From NCBI GenBank assembly GCA_044226015.1, contig JBGAHS010000011.1, forward strand, positions 32,001 to 96,000: DNA of 64,000 bases, read 5' to 3'. Both the position numbers and the translations under genes were made by a program. Below are positions 10,935 to 21,911 of the stretch, piece by piece (the stretch's first letter is position 1; every line of letters starts with the position of its first letter). A model generated the notes under the pieces. The model saw only the letters and a list, made by a program, of their open reading frames with translations, did not search any database and had not been told where the DNA came from. The stretch comes from Candidatus Obscuribacteraceae bacterium. Its GTDB lineage: Bacteria > Cyanobacteriota > Vampirovibrionia > Obscuribacterales > Obscuribacteraceae.

Positions 10935-12521
10935 ATGGCAGGCAGAGTAGCCATCGATTTTGGAACAGCAAACACAGTCATTGCCAACTGGGACAATGTG
11001 CGCCAGCAGGGGTTTGCATTTCCGTTGAACGATTACTGCCGTTTTCTTGCCGTGAATGATGAGCAAATAGGTGTTGTACCATCGCTCGTTCATTATGGAA
11101 CAAATGGACAAACTTACTATGGCAATGAAGTACACTCTCGCAATTTGTTGCAGTCGCCTCGTACATTTCAGTGGATGAAACGCTACATCTCGATGCGAAG
11201 CCCGGCTTCAAGACGAATAGATGATCGCAGTGTGAGTGTGTATGATGCAGCAGAGGAGTTCTTGATTCGCGTTATTAAAGCTGCTGATGCTGAGCTCAAT
11301 ATAAAAAATGAAGAAGTTGCTTTCACCGTGCCGGTTGAAGCATTTGAGCATTATGAGAATTGGCTGCTTAGCGTTACTCAAAAGGCTGGTCTACAAAAGA
11401 TTCGTTTGATAGACGAGCCCTCGGCAGCGGCACTCGGATATAGCACTCGACTGTTTCCTGATGAAGCCTGCATGGTCTTCGATTTCGGCGCCGGCACCCT
11501 TGATGTATCCATAGTGAAGCAAGACCCTTCTACAAACCCTGGAGCCGAACGCTGTCGCGTATTGGGCAAGGCAGGCACAGAGATTGGCGGAAGCACTATT
11601 GATGAATGGCTCTACGAGGAAATAATTTCACAAAACGGTTATACCGAAAAAGATCAAGAAGTCCAGCAAATAAGCCGATTCCTCTTAAGCGAATGTGAGC
11701 TTTTAAAGGAGAAGCTGTCCTTTCAAGATAAGGCTTCATTGACAGTGATGAATCCCCTGACGGGAGCAGTAATTTCGGCTGATTACACCCGTTCTCAGTT
11801 TGAAACAATGCTGGAAAACAAAGATGCTTATGCGACAATCGACCGCACGATTCGCCGTGCTCTGGCTGATTCACGTGAGCGAGGCTTTGATGTAGATGAT
11901 ATAAAAACGGTACTCATGGTTGGCGGCTGCAGCCAGATACCGAGCATTCAAAGCACTCTGAAAAGAATATTTGGTTCCAAGAAAGTGAAAATGGACCGTC
12001 CACTAGATGCGGTGGCACGAGGTGCCTCCTCCTTTATCGGTGGACGCAGCTTTGATGATTACATTCAGCATGATTATGCAATCAGACATAGAAACTCAAA
12101 AACACAACGTTATGAATACAGAACGCTCGTAAAAAAGGGTAGCACTTATCCTTCTGATGGACCGATCGACACCATTAAAGTGAAAGCAACGCAAAATGGG
12201 CAAGAGGAATTCATCATGCAAATTTTCGAGATTGGAGACAAGGCAAACAAACATCAGGATGGATTCGAACTTTTCTTTGACGAAACTGGTACAGCAAGAC
12301 TGAATACAGTGACTGCAGAGGACATGGATCAACGCAACATGTTCTGGATCAATGAAAAGAATAGAACTCTTCTAACAGCAAAACCGCCTGCTATGGAAGG
12401 GCAGGAGAGATTTGAAGTGTCGTTTTCCATTGATCAGAACCGCCGTTTATTAATCACGACTAGAGACTTACTTTCTGGGCATCTTATACATAGCGATTAT
12501 CCAGTAGTTAAACTTCATTAG
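10935..12521 (+). CDS. Non-canonical Hsp70-family ATPase
   Basis: IDFGTANT, IDEPSAAAL, FDFGAGTLD, VGGCSQIP; 528 aa with no helical lid. Confidence 0.9.
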   Translation: MAGRVAIDFGTANTVIANWDNVRQQGFAFPLNDYCRFLAVNDEQIGVVPSLVHYGTNGQTYYGNEVHSRNLLQSPRTFQWMKRYISMRSPASRRIDDRSVSVYDAAEEFLIRVIKAADAELNIKNEEVAFTVPVEAFEHYENWLLSVTQKAGLQKIRLIDEPSAAALGYSTRLFPDEACMVFDFGAGTLDVSIVKQDPSTNPGAERCRVLGKAGTEIGGSTIDEWLYEEIISQNGYTEKDQEVQQISRFLLSECELLKEKLSFQDKASLTVMNPLTGAVISADYTRSQFETMLENKDAYATIDRTIRRALADSRERGFDVDDIKTVLMVGGCSQIPSIQSTLKRIFGSKKVKMDRPLDAVARGASSFIGGRSFDDYIQHDYAIRHRNSKTQRYEYRTLVKKGSTYPSDGPIDTIKVKATQNGQEEFIMQIFEIGDKANKHQDGFELFFDETGTARLNTVTAEDMDQRNMFWINEKNRTLLTAKPPAMEGQERFEVSFSIDQNRRLLITTRDLLSGHLIHSDYPVVKLH

Positions 12522-12522
12522 A

Positions 12523-13971
12523 ATGTTCAATAAAAAGCAAAAGCCAGCAAGCAGCCAAGATTTGTGGATCGAGGCGCAAAGCTCTGCGCCTCTGCAAATG
12601 GCTCAGCTTCTCAGTGATTTGCGAGAGCGCAACTGGGCACCATCCGAAAAGTTAGAACGAGAATGGTTTGATGAGCTGAATAATTTATATGCGCCCCTCA
12701 ACCTGAACGCTTTCAAGAAAAGTGGCATCGATTTGCTAAGTAAGCTCATGCATGAAGAACAAGAACATTCCTTGCATGAAGATGTAAATCTACTTCCGAT
12801 TCTGACCCCAGAACACAGTGGTGCAGAATTCTCGATGCACACCTTAGACGATGGCAGAATTGCTACTCATGCTCCTGCAAGCGCTGGTTTGATTCAAGTA
12901 TGGACTCTTCCACAATGCGTTGAGACCCTCAAGCATAAACTCTATTCCCGCCGTTCAGCCTGCGCAGTGTCTGGAGACGGACTTTTTGTTGCAAGCAAAA
13001 CTGAAACAGGAAAGCTTGCAATTGATCGCCTGGAAGACGCTAGGACATTGAAAACATGGACACATCCAAACGAATTTAATGGCGGCACTTATATGATCGA
13101 GAAGTATCTGAACAACAACGAACTTCTTCTTAGTGATTCGAACAATTCTGTCCATTTTCTCTCTATAAACATGCGGGTACCGCGGACCTACGCAAACCTA
13201 CTCGTGCGAAACAAGTCGCTTATAGATTGTTCGAATGATGGAAGCATGCTTATCACACCTGAGTACGGCAAGCGTCCTTACACGATATGGAAGTTCACAA
13301 ACACATTTTCCAAAACAGACGAGGGAATTCGTCCTAATAGCGACATGGAGAAGCTATTGTCGCTTGGCTCGGAATCTCTTCCGAACATGCGAGCTAAATT
13401 CAGCCCAAATGGGAAATTTCTGGCGATATCTACTCCCATAGAAATACAGGTTAGAAAATTTCCTTTTGAAGAAGTGGTTTTTCAATCTGAACTCGGCAGA
13501 GACATCGAGCAGCCTCTTCTTGCATTTGATTCAGATAGCCAGACGCTTGCTGTTTTGCGCCGTTCAAACCCAGCAGAACTTATTTTTATAAACCTGAATC
13601 AATTGCAAATAAGCAAGAGGTTGAAACTTGCAAGCATTTTTTCCCGTTCCCCTCTGACACAAATCGAATTTATGAGTGATTCCAAAACGCTTTTATTGGC
13701 TGGGAAAGAGCGAATTTACGCTTGCAAGCAAAATGATACGCACGACGCCACAGCTCTGTTAAACAGGCTTGTAAATCTTCGCATTAAAGACATTCAATTA
13801 GAAGATTTACAAAGTCTGGAAAGCCTTCAAAATAGCGGATGGCTGAGCATGTATTTACGTCCATGGGTCGAAACGCTTCTATATCTATTGAAGCGAAGAA
13901 CTTATGACATAGCCATTTCAGAGCCAGACAAGACCCAATCTCGATATGACATTGAGATAGCCGAATCCTGA
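12523..13971 (+). CDS. WD40-like beta-propeller protein
   Basis: Repeated AVSGDG, CSNDGS, FSPNGKFLA, FDSDSQTLA, FMSDSKTLL turns. Confidence 0.65.
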   Translation: MFNKKQKPASSQDLWIEAQSSAPLQMAQLLSDLRERNWAPSEKLEREWFDELNNLYAPLNLNAFKKSGIDLLSKLMHEEQEHSLHEDVNLLPILTPEHSGAEFSMHTLDDGRIATHAPASAGLIQVWTLPQCVETLKHKLYSRRSACAVSGDGLFVASKTETGKLAIDRLEDARTLKTWTHPNEFNGGTYMIEKYLNNNELLLSDSNNSVHFLSINMRVPRTYANLLVRNKSLIDCSNDGSMLITPEYGKRPYTIWKFTNTFSKTDEGIRPNSDMEKLLSLGSESLPNMRAKFSPNGKFLAISTPIEIQVRKFPFEEVVFQSELGRDIEQPLLAFDSDSQTLAVLRRSNPAELIFINLNQLQISKRLKLASIFSRSPLTQIEFMSDSKTLLLAGKERIYACKQNDTHDATALLNRLVNLRIKDIQLEDLQSLESLQNSGWLSMYLRPWVETLLYLLKRRTYDIAISEPDKTQSRYDIEIAES

Positions 13972-14046
13972 ACAGGAGCCCGGCTTGAAGGATAGCTGGC
14001 AATACAGTAAACTCAAAGCCTTCAAGTTTCAGCTCTCGGACAGGGT

Positions 14047-16227
14047 ATGGACCTTAGTTCTCTATCACCAATACTTGAAACCGTTTCAGATGGCATGCTT
14101 GTCGTTTGCACTAAGTTCAGCGTTCTAAAAATGAACAAGGCTGCAGAAGACATACTTGGACCGGGTTGCGAAGGATTGTTGCGTCCGCCAATCAGAGAAA
14201 ACAGATTGCCGATGATGAAGGTCAACAAAATCTTCAAGCAGACCATCAGCGCTGTAAAACCACAGATGCATAGCGGCGGGGGTCCTCTACAGATTTTTGG
14301 CAGCTTCCATTTCGATGGAAAACAAGCTTTCAGTTACGAGCAAATGCCGGTGCAACGAGCGATGCGCGGTGAGGTCGTAGAGAAGGTCGAACTGATGATT
14401 CGCAATAGATTTCGACCAGAAGGAGTGCGCTTGCTTGCCAACGCCCGTCCTGTCTACGACGAACACGGACAGATGAGCTACGTAATCTGCTGCTTTACCG
14501 ACGTAAGTGCCGCACATGCCAGCGAACAACGCTCAAATATTTTCCGACAGGTGTTTGCTCAGACACAAGAAGCGATAGTGATTACCGACGCTTCCTTCAT
14601 TGTTCAATATGCCAACAAGTCTTTTTGGGATCTTACCGGCAGTACACCAGAGCGAACTTTAAACCAGCCGTTTGCGCCGCCGCAGGAAGAGTACGGCGAT
14701 GGAAGCTCCTGGCTTGAGATTCAGAACATCACCAGAAAGACGGGAAGTTGGTCAGGCGAATTCGTCATCCGAAAAAAAACGAGTGAACTCTTACCACTTT
14801 GGGCCAGTTTGCGTTCAGTGGTAGATTCAGACAAAACAATCACAAACTACGTTCTAACCCTTGCTGATCTCACTAGTCTGAAATCGTCTCAAGAAGAGCT
14901 TTACCGCATCGTCAACAAAGACACTGTAACAGGTTTGAACAACCGTCAATCATTTTTTGAAGATCTCGACCAGACCATAGAACGCGCTAGGAAGCAGGAA
15001 GAGCGCTTTGCTTTGATCTTCATGGATATTCAACGTTTTAAGGAACTGAACGATTCTCTCGGTCACGAAGCTGGTGACAAAGTCTTGCAAAAGATAGCAG
15101 ACAGACTGAGTTTTATGCTCAGGCAAGACGATTGTATAGCTCGACTCGGTGGCGATGAGTTCGCGATGATTGCGGCGGACTGCAGCAATGACCTTGACCT
15201 TGCCATGACTATCGAACGCATTCGCAATGCTGTAGAAGCACAAATGCAAATAGAAGAGCATCTAATTACTCCGAACATATGTATCGGTGCCGCGGTGTTT
15301 CCTGATGATGGGCAAGATGCGCTTACACTGGCAAAACATGCGGACATTGCTCTAACCTCTGCCACCAATTACGGTGCGGCTGTGACCCAGCTGTATACAG
15401 AGACAATGAACAATAACATTTCACGCCACTTCTGGGTTGAGAACAATCTTCGCAACGCATTTGGAAGCAACCAACTGATACCTTACTTCCAGCCACAGCT
15501 TAATCTGGCGAACATGAAACCTGAAGAAGCTGAAGTACTGATTCGGTGGAAACACCCCCAAACGGGGCTGATAAACCCTGGAGAGTTTATTCCAGTAGCA
15601 GAGCGTACGGGACTAATCGGGCATGTGACCTGGGAAGTGATGGAAGCAAGCTGCCGACTAGCTCTCCAATGGAAAGCCGCAGGCATGCCACTTTCATTGA
15701 TTGCAATCAACATTTCTGCAAACCTTCTGCTGGAAAACACTTTTATGGATGGCTTATACCAAACCATTGAGAAGATTGGCATTACGCCATCGCAGGTCTT
15801 AATCGAGATAACTGAAAGTTCTGCCATGGCAGATCCGGACTTAACCAGTTCGGTTTTGAAGGACATGAAAGACTATGGTTTGTCTCTTGCCATAGACGAT
15901 TTCGGCACAGGCTATTCTTCACTTGCATACTTAAAGAAATTCGCAGTAGATCAAATCAAGATTGATCAATCATTCGTGAAAGATCTCTCTAGTTCGCAGG
16001 AGTCGCGTTCTATCGTAAAAGCCATTATTAGAATGTGCGAGACACTGGGCTACGAAACATTGGCAGAGGGAGTCGAGACTGGAGAACAAGCACGCATTCT
16101 TCAGGAGTTGGGATGCAACAAGCTTCAAGGTTATCTGATCGCTAAGCCATTAAGCGCAGATGAGTTTGAAGCATTCATGCGCGAAAACGGTCAAGGTCTA
16201 AAGAACCTGCAGTCAACCTCAATCTGA
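14047..16227 (+). CDS. PAS-PAS-GGDEF-EAL diguanylate cyclase/phosphodiesterase
   Basis: RLGGDEF, EVLIRW, IDDFGTGYSS, AEGVET. Confidence 0.92.
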   Translation: MDLSSLSPILETVSDGMLVVCTKFSVLKMNKAAEDILGPGCEGLLRPPIRENRLPMMKVNKIFKQTISAVKPQMHSGGGPLQIFGSFHFDGKQAFSYEQMPVQRAMRGEVVEKVELMIRNRFRPEGVRLLANARPVYDEHGQMSYVICCFTDVSAAHASEQRSNIFRQVFAQTQEAIVITDASFIVQYANKSFWDLTGSTPERTLNQPFAPPQEEYGDGSSWLEIQNITRKTGSWSGEFVIRKKTSELLPLWASLRSVVDSDKTITNYVLTLADLTSLKSSQEELYRIVNKDTVTGLNNRQSFFEDLDQTIERARKQEERFALIFMDIQRFKELNDSLGHEAGDKVLQKIADRLSFMLRQDDCIARLGGDEFAMIAADCSNDLDLAMTIERIRNAVEAQMQIEEHLITPNICIGAAVFPDDGQDALTLAKHADIALTSATNYGAAVTQLYTETMNNNISRHFWVENNLRNAFGSNQLIPYFQPQLNLANMKPEEAEVLIRWKHPQTGLINPGEFIPVAERTGLIGHVTWEVMEASCRLALQWKAAGMPLSLIAINISANLLLENTFMDGLYQTIEKIGITPSQVLIEITESSAMADPDLTSSVLKDMKDYGLSLAIDDFGTGYSSLAYLKKFAVDQIKIDQSFVKDLSSSQESRSIVKAIIRMCETLGYETLAEGVETGEQARILQELGCNKLQGYLIAKPLSADEFEAFMRENGQGLKNLQSTSI

Positions 16228-16237
16228 GCCAGCTTCC

Positions 16238-17323
16238 TTATTTCTTCGCTGGTACTATTGAAAGGAAGTTTGGAACAGTTCTTCCCGGATAAATGTAGTT
16301 ATTCTCTTTCCAACGAAACTGGCTGGACGATCCACCATCCAGCATCATAGTAGGACCTGCTCCGAATTCTCTCAGGGTTAGTTCGGCGTGCGCTTGAGAG
16401 GAAGCTGGAGATACGAAAATTAAAACCCTGGAGTAAGAACCATCAGAGCCAGGATTTCCCAGACCCACAAAAGTTCTTCCAACCCTTGATGCTGCAGCAC
16501 CGTCAATATTCACCCGTGGACTAAGACTAACTATAGCGTTATCAGCCTGGAGCTTGCGAAACTCCTCAATGTTCTTATTATCAAAAGAAATTATCCGAGC
16601 AGAATTTTGCTCCAAAACAAGTGTAAGCCTGTTTCCCACATGCTTATCAGTGGAGGCGAATCCTTCGCTGACAACCTTAGAATCTTCAATCAGAGGAAAT
16701 GCAATTGGCACAGCGTTTCGAGGCAAATTAGCAAAGAACTCTGCATTCACTACTGCGATAGCATTTGGCTCAGTTTTCCTTTCGAGTTCGAGAGCCTGGT
16801 CTGGAGACATTCTGGCGAAGCTGGGGTTAGGTCCACCGTAAGCCGACTTACGGCTTTGCTCCGTGGAATCTCCATGCACAACGTCAATTTGAGCACCTGC
16901 AGCGAGGTTGGTTGATACGATGAACTCATCACCTTTTCTGTAAAGCGATACACCAGGCGCGGTGTCAACCAGAGAAAAGCCCGAAGCTACACCATTGCGG
17001 AACTTATCCGCAAAGAAAGCCAGGTTACGTTGCGCAGTATCGTCAGAGACATTTTCCTTTCGCGGATGAGCCGAATTTTCAGCTTCGCTATGAGCCTCTA
17101 CTTTGTTCGGTTCCGCATCTTTGCCCTTTTTATTATCAGCAGAATTTTGCTCAGACAACCAGTTCTTTAGCAGCAGTATTTCATCAAGCACAATGTCTAC
17201 AAAAGACCTTTGTGCTTTTCCAGCAGCGACCATTTCAGCGTCATTTGGCGGCAACAGCTTGCTTTCACTATTGTTGGAATTGACCTTATCGATTTCGTCT
17301 TTTTCGCGATGTTCCATCTTCAA
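16238..17323 (-). CDS. Phosphodiester glycosidase (NAGPA/DUF2233-like) domain protein
   Basis: VNAEFF, RTFVG, MMLDGGSSSQ, RTVPN. Confidence 0.7.
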   Translation of the reverse strand: MKMEHREKDEIDKVNSNNSESKLLPPNDAEMVAAGKAQRSFVDIVLDEILLLKNWLSEQNSADNKKGKDAEPNKVEAHSEAENSAHPRKENVSDDTAQRNLAFFADKFRNGVASGFSLVDTAPGVSLYRKGDEFIVSTNLAAGAQIDVVHGDSTEQSRKSAYGGPNPSFARMSPDQALELERKTEPNAIAVVNAEFFANLPRNAVPIAFPLIEDSKVVSEGFASTDKHVGNRLTLVLEQNSARIISFDNKNIEEFRKLQADNAIVSLSPRVNIDGAAASRVGRTFVGLGNPGSDGSYSRVLIFVSPASSQAHAELTLREFGAGPTMMLDGGSSSQFRWKENNYIYPGRTVPNFLSIVPAKK

Positions 17324-17487
17324 ATCCCAAGGGGTCAGCTTAGATTAAATGTCAAATTTGAAAAATCCTTGAAACGAACTTACTCACTCGGCTGGCGAAT
17401 AGCTAATAAAATCCCTGGAGTATTCCAAAAGCCTATGTGTTAAAAGAGACGTATCTGGCAATAATGTGAATAGAAGCGGGGGTGTTC

Positions 17488-17868
17488 ATGTCACACATAA
17501 GCCGAGTAAAAACTGAGCTGCGCGAACTTGAGTTCATCATGCAAGCTTTGAGAGATCTAGAAATCGATTTTGTGACCGAGGACTTTGAACATATCCCTGA
17601 AATAGAAGATCCTATTGAGCTATTGATTCGTCTGCCGAAGAGCCGCCATCCAATCGCATTGGTAAAAGGAAAAGACGGTAGCTATTCCTTTGAGGGAGAG
17701 CAAAGCGTGATAAAAATGGCAAAAGAGCTCGACCTGACCGATAAGATAAGCCAGCGATATGCCTATCACTTTGTAAAAGACAGACTTTTGCAGCAGGGCT
17801 TTCATCTTGAAAGCGAATCTAAAGGTGAAGAGGACGAAATCCATCTGACTCTCAGACGAAATGCTTGA
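17488..17868 (+). CDS. DUF1257 / Ycf35-like protein
   Basis: MSHISRVKT start, ISQRYAY, QQGF; typical gene context. Confidence 0.8.
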   Translation: MSHISRVKTELRELEFIMQALRDLEIDFVTEDFEHIPEIEDPIELLIRLPKSRHPIALVKGKDGSYSFEGEQSVIKMAKELDLTDKISQRYAYHFVKDRLLQQGFHLESESKGEEDEIHLTLRRNA

Positions 17869-17880
17869 TGGAGTGAACTT

Positions 17881-18078
17881 ATGAACATTGAAACAGTTCG
17901 CGTAACTATAGACAAAGATGGACAGGTCAAAATCGAGGTAGACGGTGTTCATGGACCAGTCTGCCTCGACCTGACTGATGAATTGATAAAGCAACTCGGA
18001 ATCGTTCTAAAACAAGACTTAAATGCAGAGTATTTTGAAGAGAGACAAGTATCTGACGAACAGAGAACTTCGAACTGA
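17881..18078 (+). CDS. DUF2997 family small protein
   Basis: IDKDGQVKIEVDGVHGPVCLDLT...LG...EYF. Confidence 0.8.
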   Translation: MNIETVRVTIDKDGQVKIEVDGVHGPVCLDLTDELIKQLGIVLKQDLNAEYFEERQVSDEQRTSN

Positions 18079-18090
18079 GGCTAAAAAAGA

Positions 18091-19620
18091 ATGGAATTCA
18101 GCAAAGAGTTAGAGACTCTATTACACGCACGCTTCACTCTCATAATCGTTACTACTCCTGAAGAGTTGCGATTTATGGACTCTATCAGAAAAATGTGTGC
18201 GACTTCAAACCGACTCTGCATCAGTTGGGATATGGGTCGAGGATTTCAACTTGTTTCTCAGGGGTCAATCAATCTTCCTCAGGCAGCCAATCCAATAGCT
18301 GCGCTTGAACATATGGAAAAGATGGATAACGATGCTATCTACATTCTGAAAGACTTTGACGATTGCTGGTCTAATGCACAAGTAAAACGTCAACTGAGAA
18401 ATCTAGCTCAGTCTTTTAAGCAATCGCGAAAATCCATTGTAGTCACGACCTGTACCCAGAAAATTCCTGAACAATTGAAAGATGATGCCTTCATAACTGA
18501 CTTTCCGTTGCCGGAGGTCGAACAACTAGAGCTGGAATTAAATCGAGTTGCCCAGGCTCCAGGTGCGGTTGTAAAACTCACGAATCTAGGTAAGCAGAAA
18601 CTCTTGCAGGCTGCTCTCGGTTTAACTGCATCACAAGCCTTACGTGTTTTCTCGAAGGCAATGGTCAGAGACAGAATGCTCGACGATCGCCACATAGATA
18701 TGGTCACTGAAGAGAAGCGACAGGTCATCAGAGAGAGTCAGGCTTTGGAATTCTACCCTGTCAGTGAAAAGGTTGATGATATTGGTGGCTTAGATGTTCT
18801 CAAAGAATGGCTCAGATTAAGACAAAGAGCTTTCACACAAGAGGCAAGAGACTTTATGCTGCCACCACCAAAAGGAATTGCTCTAATAGGCATTCCGGGA
18901 ACAGGTAAGAGTCTAACTGCAAAAATAATTGGCTCATACTGGCAAATGCCAGTGCTCAGATTAGATGCCGGCTCGTTGTTTGGAAGCCTGGTAGGCGAGT
19001 CAGAAGAGCGCACCCGAAAAGCTCTCCAGTTAGCTGAAACGGTGGCTCCGTGTGTTTTATGGGTTGATGAAATTGAAAAGGCGTTTTCATTCGGTGACAA
19101 TGATGGAGGAACAAGCCGAAGGGTGTTTGGGCAGATTCTCACATGGATGCAAGAGAAGCAAAAACCATGCTTTGTTGTTGCCACCGCCAATGATGTCAGT
19201 GTTTTGCCTCCAGAGTTCCTTCGAAGAGGTCGCTTTGATGAAATATTCTTCTTAGACTTACCAACAGCAAAAGAGCGAAAGGAAATACTTGGAGTTCATT
19301 TGAGAAAACGCAGACGCCTCGCGAAAGATTTTGATCTCGAAAAGCTCGCTCAATTATCTGAGGGTTATGTGGGCGCTGAACTAGAACAAGCAATTTTGGA
19401 CGCAATGTATTTTGCCTTTGATGGAAACAGAGAATTTGACACGAACGACATAGTAAAAGCGCTTGAGAAACAGGTTCCTTTGTCTGTTTCACAAGCAGAG
19501 ATAGTTACGGAACTCAGAAGAATGCTAATGGACGGCAAGGCGCAGTCAGCCTCGTTCAAAGAAGCTAAAGATGCGAAACAATCTTTTGTCGACCTCAACC
19601 TGGAATTGTCTAGAGACTAG
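18091..19620 (+). CDS. Ycf46-family AAA+ ATPase
   Basis: Degenerate N-terminal [30 protein letters not shown]. Confidence 0.88.
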   Translation: MEFSKELETLLHARFTLIIVTTPEELRFMDSIRKMCATSNRLCISWDMGRGFQLVSQGSINLPQAANPIAALEHMEKMDNDAIYILKDFDDCWSNAQVKRQLRNLAQSFKQSRKSIVVTTCTQKIPEQLKDDAFITDFPLPEVEQLELELNRVAQAPGAVVKLTNLGKQKLLQAALGLTASQALRVFSKAMVRDRMLDDRHIDMVTEEKRQVIRESQALEFYPVSEKVDDIGGLDVLKEWLRLRQRAFTQEARDFMLPPPKGIALIGIPGTGKSLTAKIIGSYWQMPVLRLDAGSLFGSLVGESEERTRKALQLAETVAPCVLWVDEIEKAFSFGDNDGGTSRRVFGQILTWMQEKQKPCFVVATANDVSVLPPEFLRRGRFDEIFFLDLPTAKERKEILGVHLRKRRRLAKDFDLEKLAQLSEGYVGAELEQAILDAMYFAFDGNREFDTNDIVKALEKQVPLSVSQAEIVTELRRMLMDGKAQSASFKEAKDAKQSFVDLNLELSRD

Positions 19621-19638
19621 ACGGCGAAAGGCGTCGAA

Positions 19639-20940
19639 TTACTTTATCAAAGGCTTGAGTTCTAGTTTTTCAGGGTCGCCCTTAAAAACACAAAACTGGT
19701 TATAGCCCTGTGCTAAAAGAGCATCTAACTGCTTGTTCATGTCTTTCTTGCGAGCTTGAATTGAAACCGTCTGTCCATCAGTTCGCAACTTATTAGCTGC
19801 TGTGACAATGCTGCTGGCACTGTCTCTATCAGCGTCAACAATCAATGCTATCTTAGACGCTGTGCTAGGAATTTGAAAACCCTTGTCCGTCAAAATATCG
19901 ATTACGCGCTCAAAGCCAATCGAGAAGCCGCATGCCGGCACATCACGCCCACTAAATTTTCCGACCATTCTGTCGTATCTGCCACCACCGGCGATGGAGC
20001 CGGAGTAGCCTGGATATTTCACCTCAAATATCTGCCCAGTGTAGTAGCCCATTCCACGGACGAGGGTGGGATCAAATTTGATTCGATATCGATCATCAGA
20101 ACCGCTTTCTATGGCACTAATCACGTTGCGTAGTGGCTTTGTGAATTCATCTTCTAGCAGCTCAGCAAACATGCCCTCGATATCTGAAAAGGAATTCTTA
20201 CCCTGCTCATGCATTGTTAGATAGGTTCGCAACAATTCGCGCAATTTCTCAATTGCCTGATGTTCATCACAGACATCGGAAAGCTCTTTCATCACATTGT
20301 CTAAACCAACTTTGTCCAATTTATCCAACGCAATAAATACAGAAGACATTTTTGCATCTGTAAAACCACAGTGCTTAGCCAGTTTGCTGAGAAACCTTCT
20401 GTCATTAATCAAAATGGTGAAGTCTTCAAACCCAAGAGCTAACAGTGCGGCTGATGTAGCCGTAATCAGCTCAACCTCAGCAAGCTCTGACTTCAACCCG
20501 ATAATATCGATGTCACACTGAGTGAATTGACGAAAGCGCCCCTTTTGTGGACTTTCCGCTCTAAACACTGATCCAATCTGTACAGACTTAAGAGGTGTGG
20601 GCAGACTGCTGTTATTTGCTGAATAGTATCGTACAAGCGGCACGGTCAGGTCGAAACGCAGCCCCAGGTCGCTTAGTTCTTCCTTGCGAGCAGAACCTGA
20701 CTCCAGCGCCTTATCGAGTTTTTCGCCTCGCTTTAGCACTTCGTAAATGAGTTGAAGATTTTCACCGCCTTCGCCACCACGAAGAAGTTGAATATTCTCC
20801 AGCACAGGAGTTTCGATGCGAGAGAATCCGAATTGCCTGTAAGTGTTCTGGATAACTCCAGCTGCCCAGTCACGTAATGCAACCTGTTCTGGAAGGAAAT
20901 CGCGCATACCTCTAGGTGGAGCAACACTTATAGAACTCAT
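19639..20940 (-). CDS. hisS: Histidine--tRNA ligase
   Basis: PRGMRD, LRFDLTVP, GRFRQFTQCD, RGMGYYTG, GGGRYD, GFERV. Confidence 0.95.
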   Translation of the reverse strand: MSSISVAPPRGMRDFLPEQVALRDWAAGVIQNTYRQFGFSRIETPVLENIQLLRGGEGGENLQLIYEVLKRGEKLDKALESGSARKEELSDLGLRFDLTVPLVRYYSANNSSLPTPLKSVQIGSVFRAESPQKGRFRQFTQCDIDIIGLKSELAEVELITATSAALLALGFEDFTILINDRRFLSKLAKHCGFTDAKMSSVFIALDKLDKVGLDNVMKELSDVCDEHQAIEKLRELLRTYLTMHEQGKNSFSDIEGMFAELLEDEFTKPLRNVISAIESGSDDRYRIKFDPTLVRGMGYYTGQIFEVKYPGYSGSIAGGGRYDRMVGKFSGRDVPACGFSIGFERVIDILTDKGFQIPSTASKIALIVDADRDSASSIVTAANKLRTDGQTVSIQARKKDMNKQLDALLAQGYNQFCVFKGDPEKLELKPLIK

Positions 20941-21076
20941 TCGAAACCTCTCGTCGCAAAGGCAAACTAGTGTTGAGTTTTGAGCATCTCAACAAGAAGG
21001 TTCTATTCTACATCAACGATGGTCTTAGCATGCTTCCAGGCTACACGGACGCAACAATTCGCATGCTTTTCCAGGC

Positions 21077-21114
21077 AAAAAAAGAGAGAGAATATAGTCA
21101 TTCCCCCTCTTCTT
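21077..21114 (-). terminator. Probable intrinsic terminator
   Basis: Imperfect GA-rich/TC-rich inverted repeat with an A7 run just beyond the 21128 stop. Confidence 0.45.
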
Positions 21115-21127
21115 CAAATTTCAATTA

Positions 21128-21550
21128 TTAGAGCCTTTTGACGATTTGTTTTCCGCGCTCTTCAAGGACGACCTGCTCAGGGTCGATTTGAGCAACAGTA
21201 ACATTCTGATAGATGGCACCCTTCTTCAGGTGGACTGTTTCCTCACAGGAAGCAAGTTTGAAGAAAGCGACATCATCGACAACTGCAGTTAGTTTCATCT
21301 CTTCCGCAGTAGTCAGCTTGGGTTTATGCACAATTGGAACAAAGCGAGACATGCTAGTGAAGCCGCCGGAGTAATTTCTTCCGTAGGATGCCAGCACAAG
21401 AGGTGACACCGGCACTGGTGGCGGAGGTGGAACTAGATAACTATTGTAGTGCCTGCTATGAGACTTGCTCTTGCCTGCAGCCATGGCAGTGAGTTCGGTT
21501 ACTTGCAAAGCTGCAAGTAGTAAGCCGATGAGTAGAAAAGTTTTTTTCAC
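21128..21550 (-). CDS. Secreted hypothetical protein
   Basis: Sec-type signal MKKTFLLIGLLLAAL, poly-Pro stretch, beta-rich C-terminus; GTG start. Confidence 0.6.
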   Translation of the reverse strand: MKKTFLLIGLLLAALQVTELTAMAAGKSKSHSRHYNSYLVPPPPPVPVSPLVLASYGRNYSGGFTSMSRFVPIVHKPKLTTAEEMKLTAVVDDVAFFKLASCEETVHLKKGAIYQNVTVAQIDPEQVVLEERGKQIVKRL

Positions 21551-21911
21551 GATTAAAACCCCGCCAAGCCAACCAGATGAAATGCTTCCGGTCCAATGGA
21601 TTTATACCCAGAATTTCATCTTTTCTAATTATATAGATTACAAGCAGATAATACGAGATATCAAAGCTTAACCCTTTTGATATCTTCACGACCCACTTGG
21701 CATCCTGAATTTGAAACGAGGCTTGGAAACGCAGTCAGCACAGCACAGACATGGCTCTTCGCATGCGTGAGAATACAAATTGGCTCTGAAAATGATCAAT
21801 TTTCTGCAATTGCTAATCGAGAGAAATTTGCCCTTGGAAATTCGAGCCAGGGTACTAATTCCGACAAATCAGCTCAATCTGGGATTGGGCGCAGCACAAT
21901 CACCTGGAGAA

